A DNA stretch of 64,000 bases from an uncultured bacterium (lineage in GTDB: Bacteria; Patescibacteriota; Saccharimonadia; UBA4664; SCTI01): the NCBI GenBank assembly GCA_963721685.1, contig CAVRJJ010000005.1:103943-167942 (forward strand), in the 5' to 3' direction. The first letter of the stretch is position 1. Each line of letters opens with the position of its first letter. This document shows, in pieces, positions 51,403 through 61,500 of this stretch. A program made the position numbers and the translations under genes. Under the pieces are notes generated by a model. That model was not told the DNA's origin. It was given only the letters and a program-made list of their open reading frames with translations, and searched no databases.

Positions 51403-52056
51403 TTAAGAACTCGTAAACAGTTTAACATCCGGCGGCAGGATCATTTGAATCAGCCCGAACATAATTACAAACAAGACAAGGCCGGTAATTGCCCCTTTTA
51501 TCCGCTCTTTAGCTTCTTTGGCAATTTCAGGGTCATCGCCGGAAATAACGTACTGCAGCCCGGCAATCACCAGCACCAGCACAAGAATTACCCCAAAGAT
51601 TCCGGTTAAAAATTGCACGCCATATGCCACCAGAGCGAAAATCGGATTTTGGTCGCCGCCGCCGATGCAGCCGCCGGTTCCCAGGGCCTTGCTTACCTTA
51701 ACCCCTTTGCCGGTACAACCGCCGGCGCTGGGGTTGGCCGCCCGGTCGTTGCGACCGCTTTCAGCCCCTTTATCGTACGACTTGTTGCAGGATGTAAGCT
51801 TTGCCCCACGTAAACTGGAGGGCTTACACAGCGCGCTCTTGCTAACACCCCCCTCGGTGTAACCACCTACGAATGCCTTTTTGCACTGCGTTTCACTTAC
51901 CTTGGTTGAAGTGGGGGCGTTGGGGTAACTTCGGCAAAAGTCATTGGCCTGTTCGGTTTTGGAGGCTGGCGCGGCCGAAGCCGTTTCGGTAACCAGAACC
52001 CCGGGAACTCCCAAGGTCATAACCAGCACCATAAGCTGCAGAAGATAACGTTTCAT
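51403..52056 (-). CDS. pilin-like paralog P8 with long Cys/Gly-rich extracellular region
   Basis: Signal peptide, 8 Cys, AGLQYVISGDDPEIAKEAKERIKGAITGLVLFVIMF. Confidence 0.5.
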   Translation of the reverse strand: MKRYLLQLMVLVMTLGVPGVLVTETASAAPASKTEQANDFCRSYPNAPTSTKVSETQCKKAFVGGYTEGGVSKSALCKPSSLRGAKLTSCNKSYDKGAESGRNDRAANPSAGGCTGKGVKVSKALGTGGCIGGGDQNPIFALVAYGVQFLTGIFGVILVLVLVIAGLQYVISGDDPEIAKEAKERIKGAITGLVLFVIMFGLIQMILPPDVKLFTSS

Positions 52057-52108
52057 GGGCTTTATTTTAGGCTTCAGGTAGCCCAGCTGTCAAAGTTGTT
52101 ACGTTTAA

Positions 52109-55087
52109 ATGGTGCATTTCGGGGTAAAATCCATTACACTTATGCTTATGAAGAGGAGTAATTCCCGAGTACTCGCGGCGCTCGCCGTCTACCTGTTCGC
52201 GATGGTGGCATCTTTGCTCGTGCCCCTGTTTGCGCAGCCCGCGCAAGCAGCCACGGTAGAGCGCGACTGGGTAATGGTTTTCCCAACCGATAGGGAAGTG
52301 TTAGCTGAAATGAACCGGGAGCTTAGCACGGGCGTTACATCACAGCCTGGTTTTTCCCCGGGTCTGAGCCAAACCTATGTAATGCATAAAAACGACTTAT
52401 GGGATCCGGCCGGGTTTCGTAAGTTTAGCTTTAACCGGGCAGCATCGGACCAAGCAAATTTCCGTTTTTACGCCTTTACCACCTCTTATTACTGTGCCAA
52501 CGATAAAGTAGTTAAATCCAAGCCTTCATCGGGTGACTATTCATTTGTGGAGCTAAAGCTGAACGCGGTTATTAAGGCCGGTTTTGCCAGCACGCCGCCG
52601 CCCACCCACGACACGACCCTTACCGTTAAGCGCTTCACCCACTACAACTCAGCGGGCACCGGGGTGGATTACGAGGTTGGCAACAAAACCAAAACCGGAA
52701 CCCTGCAGCAAGTCGCCCGGCACCGCAGTTGTATGCCCGGGGAAACCGTCTTTTCCCCGACGTCGAGCGCCAGCGACCTATTTGCAATCCGTAATATTAA
52801 AGATCCGGCGGTAAACGATTCCACCTGGGCAAACGCCAAAGACAAGGTACGAGACCAAGTGGAAGCCGACCCGATTACCGGCTCCGACCCTTCGGCGGGT
52901 GGCGGGGGCAGCACCGGCTCAACCGGGGCCGACACCGACCAAGGAGACCAGTGCCCCCGAAAAGCCTTTAACTTTGGCTGGTTGATTTGCCCGGCGCTTG
53001 AACTGGTTAATAATCTCTTTGTGCAAAATTTCCAAAAATTTATGGCTGGCGCTCTCAGCATTGACCCCTTAGACCAAAACGGCGCCGATAAAAATATCTA
53101 CCTGGTATGGAAAAACCTTCGCGACCTCGCGAATGTGCTGTTCCTGCTTATTTTCATGATAATTGTGCTAGCCAACACCCTCTCCATTAATGTGCAGACC
53201 TACACCATTAAAAAGATGATCCCCAAACTGGTAGCGGCGGCGATACTGGTCCAGTTTTCCTTTATCATCAGCGCGGTCATTATAGACGTGGGTAATATCT
53301 TAGGGGATGGCATAGGCGACCTCATTAAGAGCGTGGCAAATACACCGGGAGGCACAAACGATAAAGCCATTGATGGCTTCTTCCAGAACTCCGCCGCCGC
53401 CATAACCGCGGTGGTGGGGGGAGGCTTAATTGTCGGTTCCGCGATTGCCACATCGGGAGCAACGGTTGGTGTGGCGATTGGTGCCATAATACTCGTCGGA
53501 ATAACCGCCTTCTTCGCGTTTTTGTCTATTCTCCTAACCCTCGTGCTGCGGAAGATGATAATCATCATTCTCATTATCGTTTCCCCGCTGGCATTCGCGG
53601 CCATGGTCCTTCCCAGCACCGACAAGTTCTTCAAGATATGGCTGGAAACGTTCATTAAAGTAATTATGATGTACCCGATCATCGTGTTTATGTTTGGGGC
53701 AGCCACCGTTTTGCAAAAAGCCGTGAGTGGCGGCGAAGGCGGCGTGGGCGATGACGCGGGACTGGTAAAAATAATGGCGGCGGCTATGCCAATTGTGGCG
53801 TGCTTTATGGTTCCGAAAGCCTTCGCCTGGGGAGGAAAGTTAATGAGTGGCGGATCTAACGCCATTGACAGTCTGGTGCGCGGTAAGATTGGCGGCAAAG
53901 CCACCGCTAAATTCAAAGCAAGCGACGCCTATACCGTTCCTCGGGCCTTGCGTGAGGGCAACAAGCAAGAAAAAACCGAAGGCCACGCGGGCTTGGACGG
54001 CAAAGATCCCCTCAGCAGGTACCGGCGCTATAAGGCTGGCGTTAAGCTTAGGGGTGACTACCTTGGGGGGAACCGGACCATAGCAAAGGGCGCGGATGGC
54101 AAGTACTGGCATATTGATCCTGATACTGGGAAAAGAACCTTAAATAAATATGGAGATATGTCACGCATGCAGACTAAGCAAAGAAACGCTTATTTGCAAA
54201 AAGGCATTGATGCCAACAAAGAACTTGACCGGAATGAAATACTTGGTCTCTTAGATCCGATGCGACAGGGTGCTCAACACGGAGACTTCAAGGACATTAA
54301 AGAGAATCCGCTGCTTTATGACCAAATGGTGAATGGCATTGGTAGCTATATTGAAAAAGAAGGCAAGCTTCCTTACGCCGAAGCACTCGATGATTTGGCA
54401 GACTTAGGGCATGCCCTCGGTAAAGGTAGTGAAAAGATAGGAATGGACAGGGACTTCCTGATGAGCCGGGACCATAAAGTAGCAGAGGCTCACCCCGTTT
54501 CATCGGAAGGTGCCCAAGTAATGCCGACCGCGCAAAGAGTCGAGCTGAATGACGACGGAACTACTAAAGTTGCCAATAAAGAGTTCCATGGCGTAGAGGG
54601 CTCAGAAGCTAAAAAAGCCACGGTCTTTAAAGAAGGAAGCCATGCACATGAAGATATCAAGAGAAAATTTGGCGCTGAAACATTCATGGGCGATAACCAC
54701 GAACAAGCGGTGGATCAGCTCGCCCACAATTATGTCCAAACTTCTTCAGGAGAACAACAGCGCCTTCTCGACCACCTGCTCGCGGACGATAATAATAAAT
54801 TCGTTCTTCATAACCTAAGAACAACCCCCACCGCCTACCGTAACGTAAAACCCGAAACGGCCGCTGCGGTCGTAAGTCACGCAAACAAGTCCTTGGCTCG
54901 CCTTGGACATCTTAAGTCGACTGGACCTAGTAACGACCAAGAAAGAGCGGAGCTGGCCCTCCTCACCAAAAATGAAAGTAGCTATATAGTTGCCTCCCAT
55001 TTTCAGGACGACCTTACGCAATATAATGACGAAGCCGGTAAGACTGGATCAAAACTCAATCTTGCACTGGAGGATCTAAGGTCATAA
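52109..55087 (+). CDS. VirB6/TrbL-like polytopic T4SS membrane protein with large N-terminal extracytoplasmic domain and C-terminal hydrophilic tail (992 aa)
   Basis: Signal/TM, then >8 TM helices in aa ~330-600; first gene of plus-strand T4SS operon; TAATG coupling to next gene. Confidence 0.5.
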   Translation: MVHFGVKSITLMLMKRSNSRVLAALAVYLFAMVASLLVPLFAQPAQAATVERDWVMVFPTDREVLAEMNRELSTGVTSQPGFSPGLSQTYVMHKNDLWDPAGFRKFSFNRAASDQANFRFYAFTTSYYCANDKVVKSKPSSGDYSFVELKLNAVIKAGFASTPPPTHDTTLTVKRFTHYNSAGTGVDYEVGNKTKTGTLQQVARHRSCMPGETVFSPTSSASDLFAIRNIKDPAVNDSTWANAKDKVRDQVEADPITGSDPSAGGGGSTGSTGADTDQGDQCPRKAFNFGWLICPALELVNNLFVQNFQKFMAGALSIDPLDQNGADKNIYLVWKNLRDLANVLFLLIFMIIVLANTLSINVQTYTIKKMIPKLVAAAILVQFSFIISAVIIDVGNILGDGIGDLIKSVANTPGGTNDKAIDGFFQNSAAAITAVVGGGLIVGSAIATSGATVGVAIGAIILVGITAFFAFLSILLTLVLRKMIIIILIIVSPLAFAAMVLPSTDKFFKIWLETFIKVIMMYPIIVFMFGAATVLQKAVSGGEGGVGDDAGLVKIMAAAMPIVACFMVPKAFAWGGKLMSGGSNAIDSLVRGKIGGKATAKFKASDAYTVPRALREGNKQEKTEGHAGLDGKDPLSRYRRYKAGVKLRGDYLGGNRTIAKGADGKYWHIDPDTGKRTLNKYGDMSRMQTKQRNAYLQKGIDANKELDRNEILGLLDPMRQGAQHGDFKDIKENPLLYDQMVNGIGSYIEKEGKLPYAEALDDLADLGHALGKGSEKIGMDRDFLMSRDHKVAEAHPVSSEGAQVMPTAQRVELNDDGTTKVANKEFHGVEGSEAKKATVFKEGSHAHEDIKRKFGAETFMGDNHEQAVDQLAHNYVQTSSGEQQRLLDHLLADDNNKFVLHNLRTTPTAYRNVKPETAAAVVSHANKSLARLGHLKSTGPSNDQERAELALLTKNESSYIVASHFQDDLTQYNDEAGKTGSKLNLALEDLRS

Positions 55088-55938
55088 TGGGTACCTATAA
55101 AGTTCCTCAAGATGTTGAGTCCGACGATAAGATCTTAGGGCCGTTAAGCATGAAGCAGTTCATCTATGCCATGATCGGCATAGGCTACGGGCTGTTAACC
55201 TTCGCGATTTTAAAATCAGTTATCATCATTTGGATCCTGGTGGGTGTTCCGCCCATGCTCGCGCTACTGGCACTTGGTTTGTACCAGAAAAAAGACCAGT
55301 CAATGGAAACCTACATTGTCAGCATCATCCAATTTATCGTCCGGCCAAAAGTCCGCTATTGGCAAAAGGAGCCAATTGCCGAAGTGTTCCACCTTGAACC
55401 GCCGCCGCCAAAACCGGCCATGGAAATGCGAGATTCGCGTAAAGTCCGCAGCCAGCTGGCGCAGCTAGCCAACGTGGTAGACACCCGCGGCTGGTCGGTT
55501 AAGCATCCCGAGCTGCAAGAGCTCCAGGAGCTGCACGATTTACCAACGGTTGATCTTGGTGGCAGGGTTGGCGGCGGCCAGTTAGGCGGCCCATCCACCG
55601 TGGGAATGGAGCCGCCGGAGGTTAGCGACGAGGATGACATGCTAAGCTCCACTACCACCAAAGCCGGGGAGTTGGACGCGCTGATTGCCAATAGCGTTAA
55701 AAGCCTACGCGCCGAGGTAATGGAGGGCATGGCAGCCGGCCATGTTCCAGGGGACGCTCCTGCCCTCTCAAGCACAAGCGGGATGACAGTGGCCCCATCT
55801 GGTGATATACTCAAATTAGCCGCGGAGGGTGGGGATTTGTCAGTTGCCCAAATTGCTGCCCAAGCCCACCGCTTTAATCAACCAACCGCCGAAGGGCAGC
55901 AAGTGAGCGTGCAGAATGCCAACAGCCAACCAGCCTAA
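55087..55938 (+). CDS. VirB3-like small membrane protein (2 TM near N-terminus) with disordered C-terminal tail
   Basis: FIYAMIGIGYGLLTFAILKSVIIIWILVGVPPMLALLALGLY; position immediately before VirB4. Confidence 0.45.
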   Translation: MGTYKVPQDVESDDKILGPLSMKQFIYAMIGIGYGLLTFAILKSVIIIWILVGVPPMLALLALGLYQKKDQSMETYIVSIIQFIVRPKVRYWQKEPIAEVFHLEPPPPKPAMEMRDSRKVRSQLAQLANVVDTRGWSVKHPELQELQELHDLPTVDLGGRVGGGQLGGPSTVGMEPPEVSDEDDMLSSTTTKAGELDALIANSVKSLRAEVMEGMAAGHVPGDAPALSSTSGMTVAPSGDILKLAAEGGDLSVAQIAAQAHRFNQPTAEGQQVSVQNANSQPA

Positions 55939-56659
55939 TCCCGCCCCCAAGCCCAGCACCCAAGATACACTGCTGATTTCCGAAATCCGCGACGGGGTAG
56001 TGGTGATGCGCGACGGTAGCTTACGCAATGTGCTTATGGCCAGCGCGGTAAACTTTGACCTTATGAGCGCGGGCGAGCGTGAAGGGGTGGAGTACGCCTA
56101 CCAAAGCTTCTTAAACTCGCTGCACTTCCCTATTCAAATTGTGGTTAAGTCGCAGCGGCTGGAGCTTGAAAGCTATATTGCCAATCTCCAGCAACTTCAA
56201 ACCGAGCAAGACAACCCGATGCTCGCTAATTTAATGGATGACTACATTGCCAATATCTTCAACCTGATTGACCAAGTTAATATCATGGATAAGCAGTTTT
56301 ATGTGGTAGTGCCGTTTTATCCGCCCGTGGTGGATAAAATTGCCAAAAAGAATATTGTCTCGAGCATCGCGGGATCATTTAAAAAAACCACTGTTACCAC
56401 CGTTAATGAAACCGACTTTAACGCTTATAAAGAAGAGCTGGCCCAGCGCGTGGGGTTGGTTTCCAGCGGTTTGGGGCAAATGGGGGTTCGTAATATCCCC
56501 CTCAACACCCAGGAATTGATTGATTTGTATTACTCCGCCTACAACCCGGACGCGGCTGAAAACCAAAAGCTGGTTGAGGCCGCCCAATTGCAAACCGCGG
56601 CGGTTACCAAGGGTGAGGGTGAGGCGCCGCGCCACTTGGCCGGCGGAGGGCCGTACTAA
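55916..56659 (+). CDS. probable VirB4 N-terminal domain encoded as separate ORF (247 aa), TAATG-coupled to ATPase ORF
   Basis: Length plus 621 aa = canonical VirB4 size; no TM; overlaps upstream gene by 23 nt in +1 frame. Confidence 0.4.
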   Translation: MPTANQPNPAPKPSTQDTLLISEIRDGVVVMRDGSLRNVLMASAVNFDLMSAGEREGVEYAYQSFLNSLHFPIQIVVKSQRLELESYIANLQQLQTEQDNPMLANLMDDYIANIFNLIDQVNIMDKQFYVVVPFYPPVVDKIAKKNIVSSIAGSFKKTTVTTVNETDFNAYKEELAQRVGLVSSGLGQMGVRNIPLNTQELIDLYYSAYNPDAAENQKLVEAAQLQTAAVTKGEGEAPRHLAGGGPY

Positions 56660-58524
56660 TGGGGGTGTTTGGCGGCAAAAAACCAGTTAATGACCCCATT
56701 GCGCTAGCCGAAGCCCAGAGGGCCAAAGAACAGCAGGAAGCCGAGGCCATTTACCGGCAGGGCATTGTGAGCCTGCGCGATCTTATAGCGCCGCCCAGTT
56801 TGCAGGTAACGGCCGACCACATCCAAATCGGTACCCGCTTCGCCCGGACATTATATGTGTACGGCTATCCCCGCCAGATTTTTACCGGATGGTTAAGCCC
56901 CCTGGTAAACCTTGATGAGGTCATGGACCTAAGCATGTTCATTATGCCGGTCGAAAGCCAAATTGTATTAAACAACCTGAGACGCAAAGTAGGCCAACTG
57001 GAGGCCAGCTACAGTATTAACCAGGAAAAAGGCCGGGTGCGCGATCCCGGCTTAGAAGCGGCCATTATGGACGCCGAGGAGCTGCGCGATAAGCTGCAAG
57101 TTGGTGAGGAGCGGTTTTTCCGCTTTGGTTTATATGCCACCATCTACGCCGACAGCCTGGAAGAGCTCAAGGACGTTCAGCGTAAGATTGAGGGTATTTT
57201 TGGGCAATCGCTGGTTTATACCAAAGCCGCGACCATGCAGATGGAGCCGGGCTTTAATTCTACTCTGCCGCTCGGCACCGACCAGCTTCAAGTAGCGCGC
57301 AACATGGACACCAATGCCCTTTCTACCAGCTTTCCGTTCACCTCAGCCGAACTCAGCCGCAACGAAGGCGTGCTCTACGGTATTAACCGTCACAACAATG
57401 GGCTGGTGCTATTCGACCGATTCAGCCTGGAAAACGCCAACATGGTGGTATTTGCAAAATCCGGAGCCGGTAAAAGCTTCGCAATTAAACTTGAGGCCAT
57501 CCGGAGCTTAATGCTGGGCACTGAAATTCTGGTTATCGACCCCGAAGATGAGTACCGGGCGCTATGCGAAGCCGTTGGAGGCAGCTACTTGCGCCTAAGC
57601 CTAGCCTCCGACAATCGGCTTAATCCATTCGACCTTCCTAGAGTCCTCGACAGTGAAGACGCCGACAATGCCCTGCGGGCCAACATTATCACACTGCACG
57701 GCTTATTGCGCCTGATGATGGGAGGCCAAGCCGCGCCGCTCGGTCCGGCCGAAGACGCCGACTTGGATGTGGCACTCATTAATACCTACGCTAAAGCCGG
57801 CATTACCAACGACCCCCTTACCCACGGTGCCACCCCGCCCACCATGAACGACCTGCATAAGACTTTGTCGGAAATGAGCGGCAACGGTCCCGCGCTGGCC
57901 CAGCGCCTGCGCCAGTACACTACCGGAACATTTGCCGGCATCTTCTCGGAACAATCAAACGTTGACCTCTACAACAAGTTTGTGGTGTTCAACATCCGTG
58001 ACCTGGAAGACGAGCTGCGCCCGGTTGGGATGTACATTGTTCTTAACTACATTTGGAACAAAGTAAAAAGTGACAAGAAGAAGCGCATCCTAATTGTGGA
58101 TGAAGCCTGGCAGCTCATGAAGTTTGAAGATAGCGCTAACTTTATGTTCAGCATTGCCAAGCGAGCCCGAAAATATTTCTTGGGCCTGACCACCATCACC
58201 CAGGATGTCGACGACTTTCTAAGCTCGCGGATGGGCCGCGCGATTGTATCCAACTCATCACTGCAGCTGCTGCTGAAGCAAGCCCCCAGCTCAGTGGATA
58301 TTATTGGCGAAACCTTTAAGCTAACCTCTGAAGAAAAAACCCGGCTTACCACGTTCCCGGTTGGAGAAGGCCTGTTCTTTGCCGGCCTTAACCACGTGGT
58401 GATGCGTATCCTAGCCTCCGAGACCGAAACTCGGCTGATTACCACCAACCCCCAGGCGGTAGCCAAGCAGGAGGCAGCCACACAGGCATACAGAGAGGCC
58501 CAGCAGGAAATAGCGGGGGGCTAA
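56659..58524 (+). CDS. virB4: VirB4/TraC/CagE-family T4SS ATPase (C-terminal ATPase domain)
   Basis: Walker A VVFAKSGAGKSFAIK, Walker B KKKRILIVDEAWQLM. Confidence 0.8.
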   Translation: MGVFGGKKPVNDPIALAEAQRAKEQQEAEAIYRQGIVSLRDLIAPPSLQVTADHIQIGTRFARTLYVYGYPRQIFTGWLSPLVNLDEVMDLSMFIMPVESQIVLNNLRRKVGQLEASYSINQEKGRVRDPGLEAAIMDAEELRDKLQVGEERFFRFGLYATIYADSLEELKDVQRKIEGIFGQSLVYTKAATMQMEPGFNSTLPLGTDQLQVARNMDTNALSTSFPFTSAELSRNEGVLYGINRHNNGLVLFDRFSLENANMVVFAKSGAGKSFAIKLEAIRSLMLGTEILVIDPEDEYRALCEAVGGSYLRLSLASDNRLNPFDLPRVLDSEDADNALRANIITLHGLLRLMMGGQAAPLGPAEDADLDVALINTYAKAGITNDPLTHGATPPTMNDLHKTLSEMSGNGPALAQRLRQYTTGTFAGIFSEQSNVDLYNKFVVFNIRDLEDELRPVGMYIVLNYIWNKVKSDKKKRILIVDEAWQLMKFEDSANFMFSIAKRARKYFLGLTTITQDVDDFLSSRMGRAIVSNSSLQLLLKQAPSSVDIIGETFKLTSEEKTRLTTFPVGEGLFFAGLNHVVMRILASETETRLITTNPQAVAKQEAATQAYREAQQEIAGG

Positions 58525-58527
58525 GCA

Positions 58528-61500
58528 ATGCAGCCAACGCTTTCCCCACAAGATGATGAGGAGCTCGATAACCCGGTTGACGACCATGACGCACTGGGGG
58601 AGGAGGACAACGCACCCTATAGCGATCTGCCGCGCAGCCACCAGCCGGCATCTTCACGCTTCCAGGATGATGCCCAGCGCGGTTTAGATGATATCCCGGT
58701 ACAAGACCCGGCCCACCGCAGCAACCGCCCGGGCGATGGAACAGCCAGGGCCAGTGATGGATCGCCCCTGCCGGGAGGACCCGCCAGCGAGGTCTCATCC
58801 ACGAAAAAAGGCGGGGTGAGTGACGAAGATGGCCCGGAGGGTGAAGAGGGCGAAAAACCAAAGCCCAAAACATCTGCCTACAAGAAATATAAAAGATACA
58901 AGCTGGCCAAAAATACCGCTAAGGCCATGCTGGGCAGCAGGCGGGCGATTTTCGGACTAATCTTCAGCGGCAGCATCATTGGTTTACTGATTGGCGGATT
59001 TTTTCTCCTAGCCCCCTTCAAGCTGATGTTTATGAAAGAAAACATCGATCAAGTCCGGATGGCGCGGATGTATTACATCTTGGATAGGCGCAGCGACCGG
59101 TTCCTGGTAACCATGCTAAAAGCCGAGATAGCGGGCGAAGACGCTGGCGGCCAAAACCGCTACTTTATTGCAAAGGGCTGGGTTGGATCAGAAAACCCCT
59201 TCACCCAGTGGTATAAAGACATGAGAACCGACAAGTTTTTTGAGCAAATGGAGCGCACCCAGGGCGTCCGCTTTATTCGCGAAAAACCGGCGGGTGGCGG
59301 CAAAGACCGCCTGGTAAAACTAAATGTTCGGGGCGAAATAATCGACTTTAGCGCCATAACCAACGATGGCGGCATGGTTTTTGAAGACACCGAACGGTTT
59401 GAGCGGCTGGTAGACACGCGCTACGCGAGCAACAAGGAAGCTCGCCGGGCCTGGAACGGAGCGGTTAAAGACGCCACCAAACGCCACCAGATCATCATGC
59501 GTTATACCATGCGTAAGTGGGGAAGGGAGCGTCTGGGTATTACCAAGTGGCGCTTTTTCGAAAACACCCGAGAGAAAGCCGACGACAAGGTGAGGGCGAC
59601 ATGGAATAAATCCGTCCGTAAGGCCGCGATCAGCGGCAAGGCCATCCGCTGCTTATTTGATGTGGGGCCGTGCCCCGACAGCGACAGCCTAAACGACAGC
59701 GACAACGCGACCGGCGCCCCCGACCCGGAATTTGAACAGGCCGCCAACGAAGCCGATGCCGAGGCGGAACAGGATAGCACGCCCGAAAATCCCAATGACC
59801 CCAGCAAATCGACCCGGCTGTTCGCGAAAAAGATTGTTTTAAAACTCATTCCGTTTGTAAACATTGCGGAGATAATTGACCTCGCGATGCATGTTGACAA
59901 GATGTTTGAAGAAAAGAAGCTGTCTAAAATGGTTGCCGCCTATCGCGCCGCCGAGTACGCGAGCGCCTATTTTACCTTCTCAACCCTTACCGACAACCTT
60001 AAGGCCGGCAAGGACGTGAGCGGCCCGGAGGCTGGCGCGGCGCTAGCGATGTTTAACGGTATGGAAAATAGCGACGGCTACCTGCAAGTTACCAAAAATT
60101 CATCGAGCACCGCCTTCCTTCCCAGCCTGAATAAGGCCTATGCCGCGGATTCTAACCCTATTGATCGGGTTGATGATTCATTCCGCGTTAATGGGTCATC
60201 AAACGCCTCAAAATTTGAAGCCCTTTACGAAAAAACGGTTGGCAAAATTCTTCGCCCCATCCTCAGGGAATGTGACGGACTTATCAATTTCTGTACTATC
60301 GCCAGCAAAATATCCGGCGTTATCGGATCGGTTATTGAAACGATTCTTAAGCCGCTGGTCGCGGTGGCCGCTCCGGTGGGAGGGTTCCTTTTTAGCGCGG
60401 TAGCCGGACAAAGCCCCCAAGAGGCGATGCAGGGAGTAATGGCCGATGCCACGGTTTTCATGGCGGGCTCATCAAAGTGCTCTACAAAATCAGTGAAAGA
60501 ACAGGAAAAAACCGGCAGGGGCGGTGGCCGCCTATTCAATTGTGTTGATGGGGGAGCATCGGTAATAACCGAGGCGGTAACGCAAAATATGGGTGGCGGG
60601 CCCGCCACCACCGTGACCATTAACGAGCTCAACGCCAACATCGCCCAGGCAAAGAGGGAGGAAGATACCGGTAGAAGCCTGTGGGACAAGATCGCTTCCT
60701 TAGAACGAGGGGATTCTTTGGTAGCCAAGCTCATTATGCGCGGCCCGTCATCCGGCAAAGAGCTGGCGGCAAACTTCCAGGGTATGCTTGCCTACATCAA
60801 CCCGGTCAACCTTTTAGATGCCGGCGGTGCCAGCATTGTGGCTCTTTCCAGCCAGCCTTCTTACGCTGATATATTAGATGACAATATGTACGGGGTGGCC
60901 CGGTACGCCGTAAGCGAAGAGGACCTTGCCAAAGAGCCTTATGGCAGCAAGAGCAAAGCCGAATGCGACAAGGAAATGGCCGAATACAAGACCGCCATGG
61001 AGGCCGGCGGCAGCCCCCCAACCAGCATGTGTACGCTGGACTCCGAGGTTGCCAACTCTCTTGCTTGCCTTAATAGTGAAGACCCCGATTGCGCCAGGGT
61101 AGGCGAGCAGGCCATGACACCCTGTCTTGCAGAGCAATCTACCGTAACCAGCCTAACCGGCCAAGCGCCCGTGGATGCCCCTGGCCAAAACCGAAAAATC
61201 GTCCTTATTGGTGATTCACTACTAACGGGTGCCGATGAAACCGGCGACCTCGGGGGCCGGCTTGAGGCCAAAGGTTTCAACGGCGTGGATATCGTAATTG
61301 AGGCATCAAACGGACGCTCAATAACCGGCGCTGGTACCAGCGGGAGCCGGCTTTCCGGGGAAGAGGCGGTTGAGCAGCTGGGCGAGCCTGGCGGGGCAAT
61401 CGACGGCGCCTCCGTGGTTGTGGTGGAGTTAGGCACAAACACCAGCGGAACCCCAGCCCAATTTAAGGCCCAGGTGCGCAAACTTGTTGAATCGATAAAA

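Noticed and set aside
48621-52056. Pilin array as type IV pilus (PilA-type) pilins
   Set aside because: No class-III signal/N-methyl-Phe (G|FTLIE) motif; two-TM topology with cleavable signal peptide fits VirB2/TrbC-type instead.
56655-56661. VirB4 split as a sequencing frameshift
   Set aside because: Junction is a TAATG stop/start overlap (-1 relationship), unlike the +1 single-base insertions elsewhere; treated as genuine coupled ORFs, though unverified.
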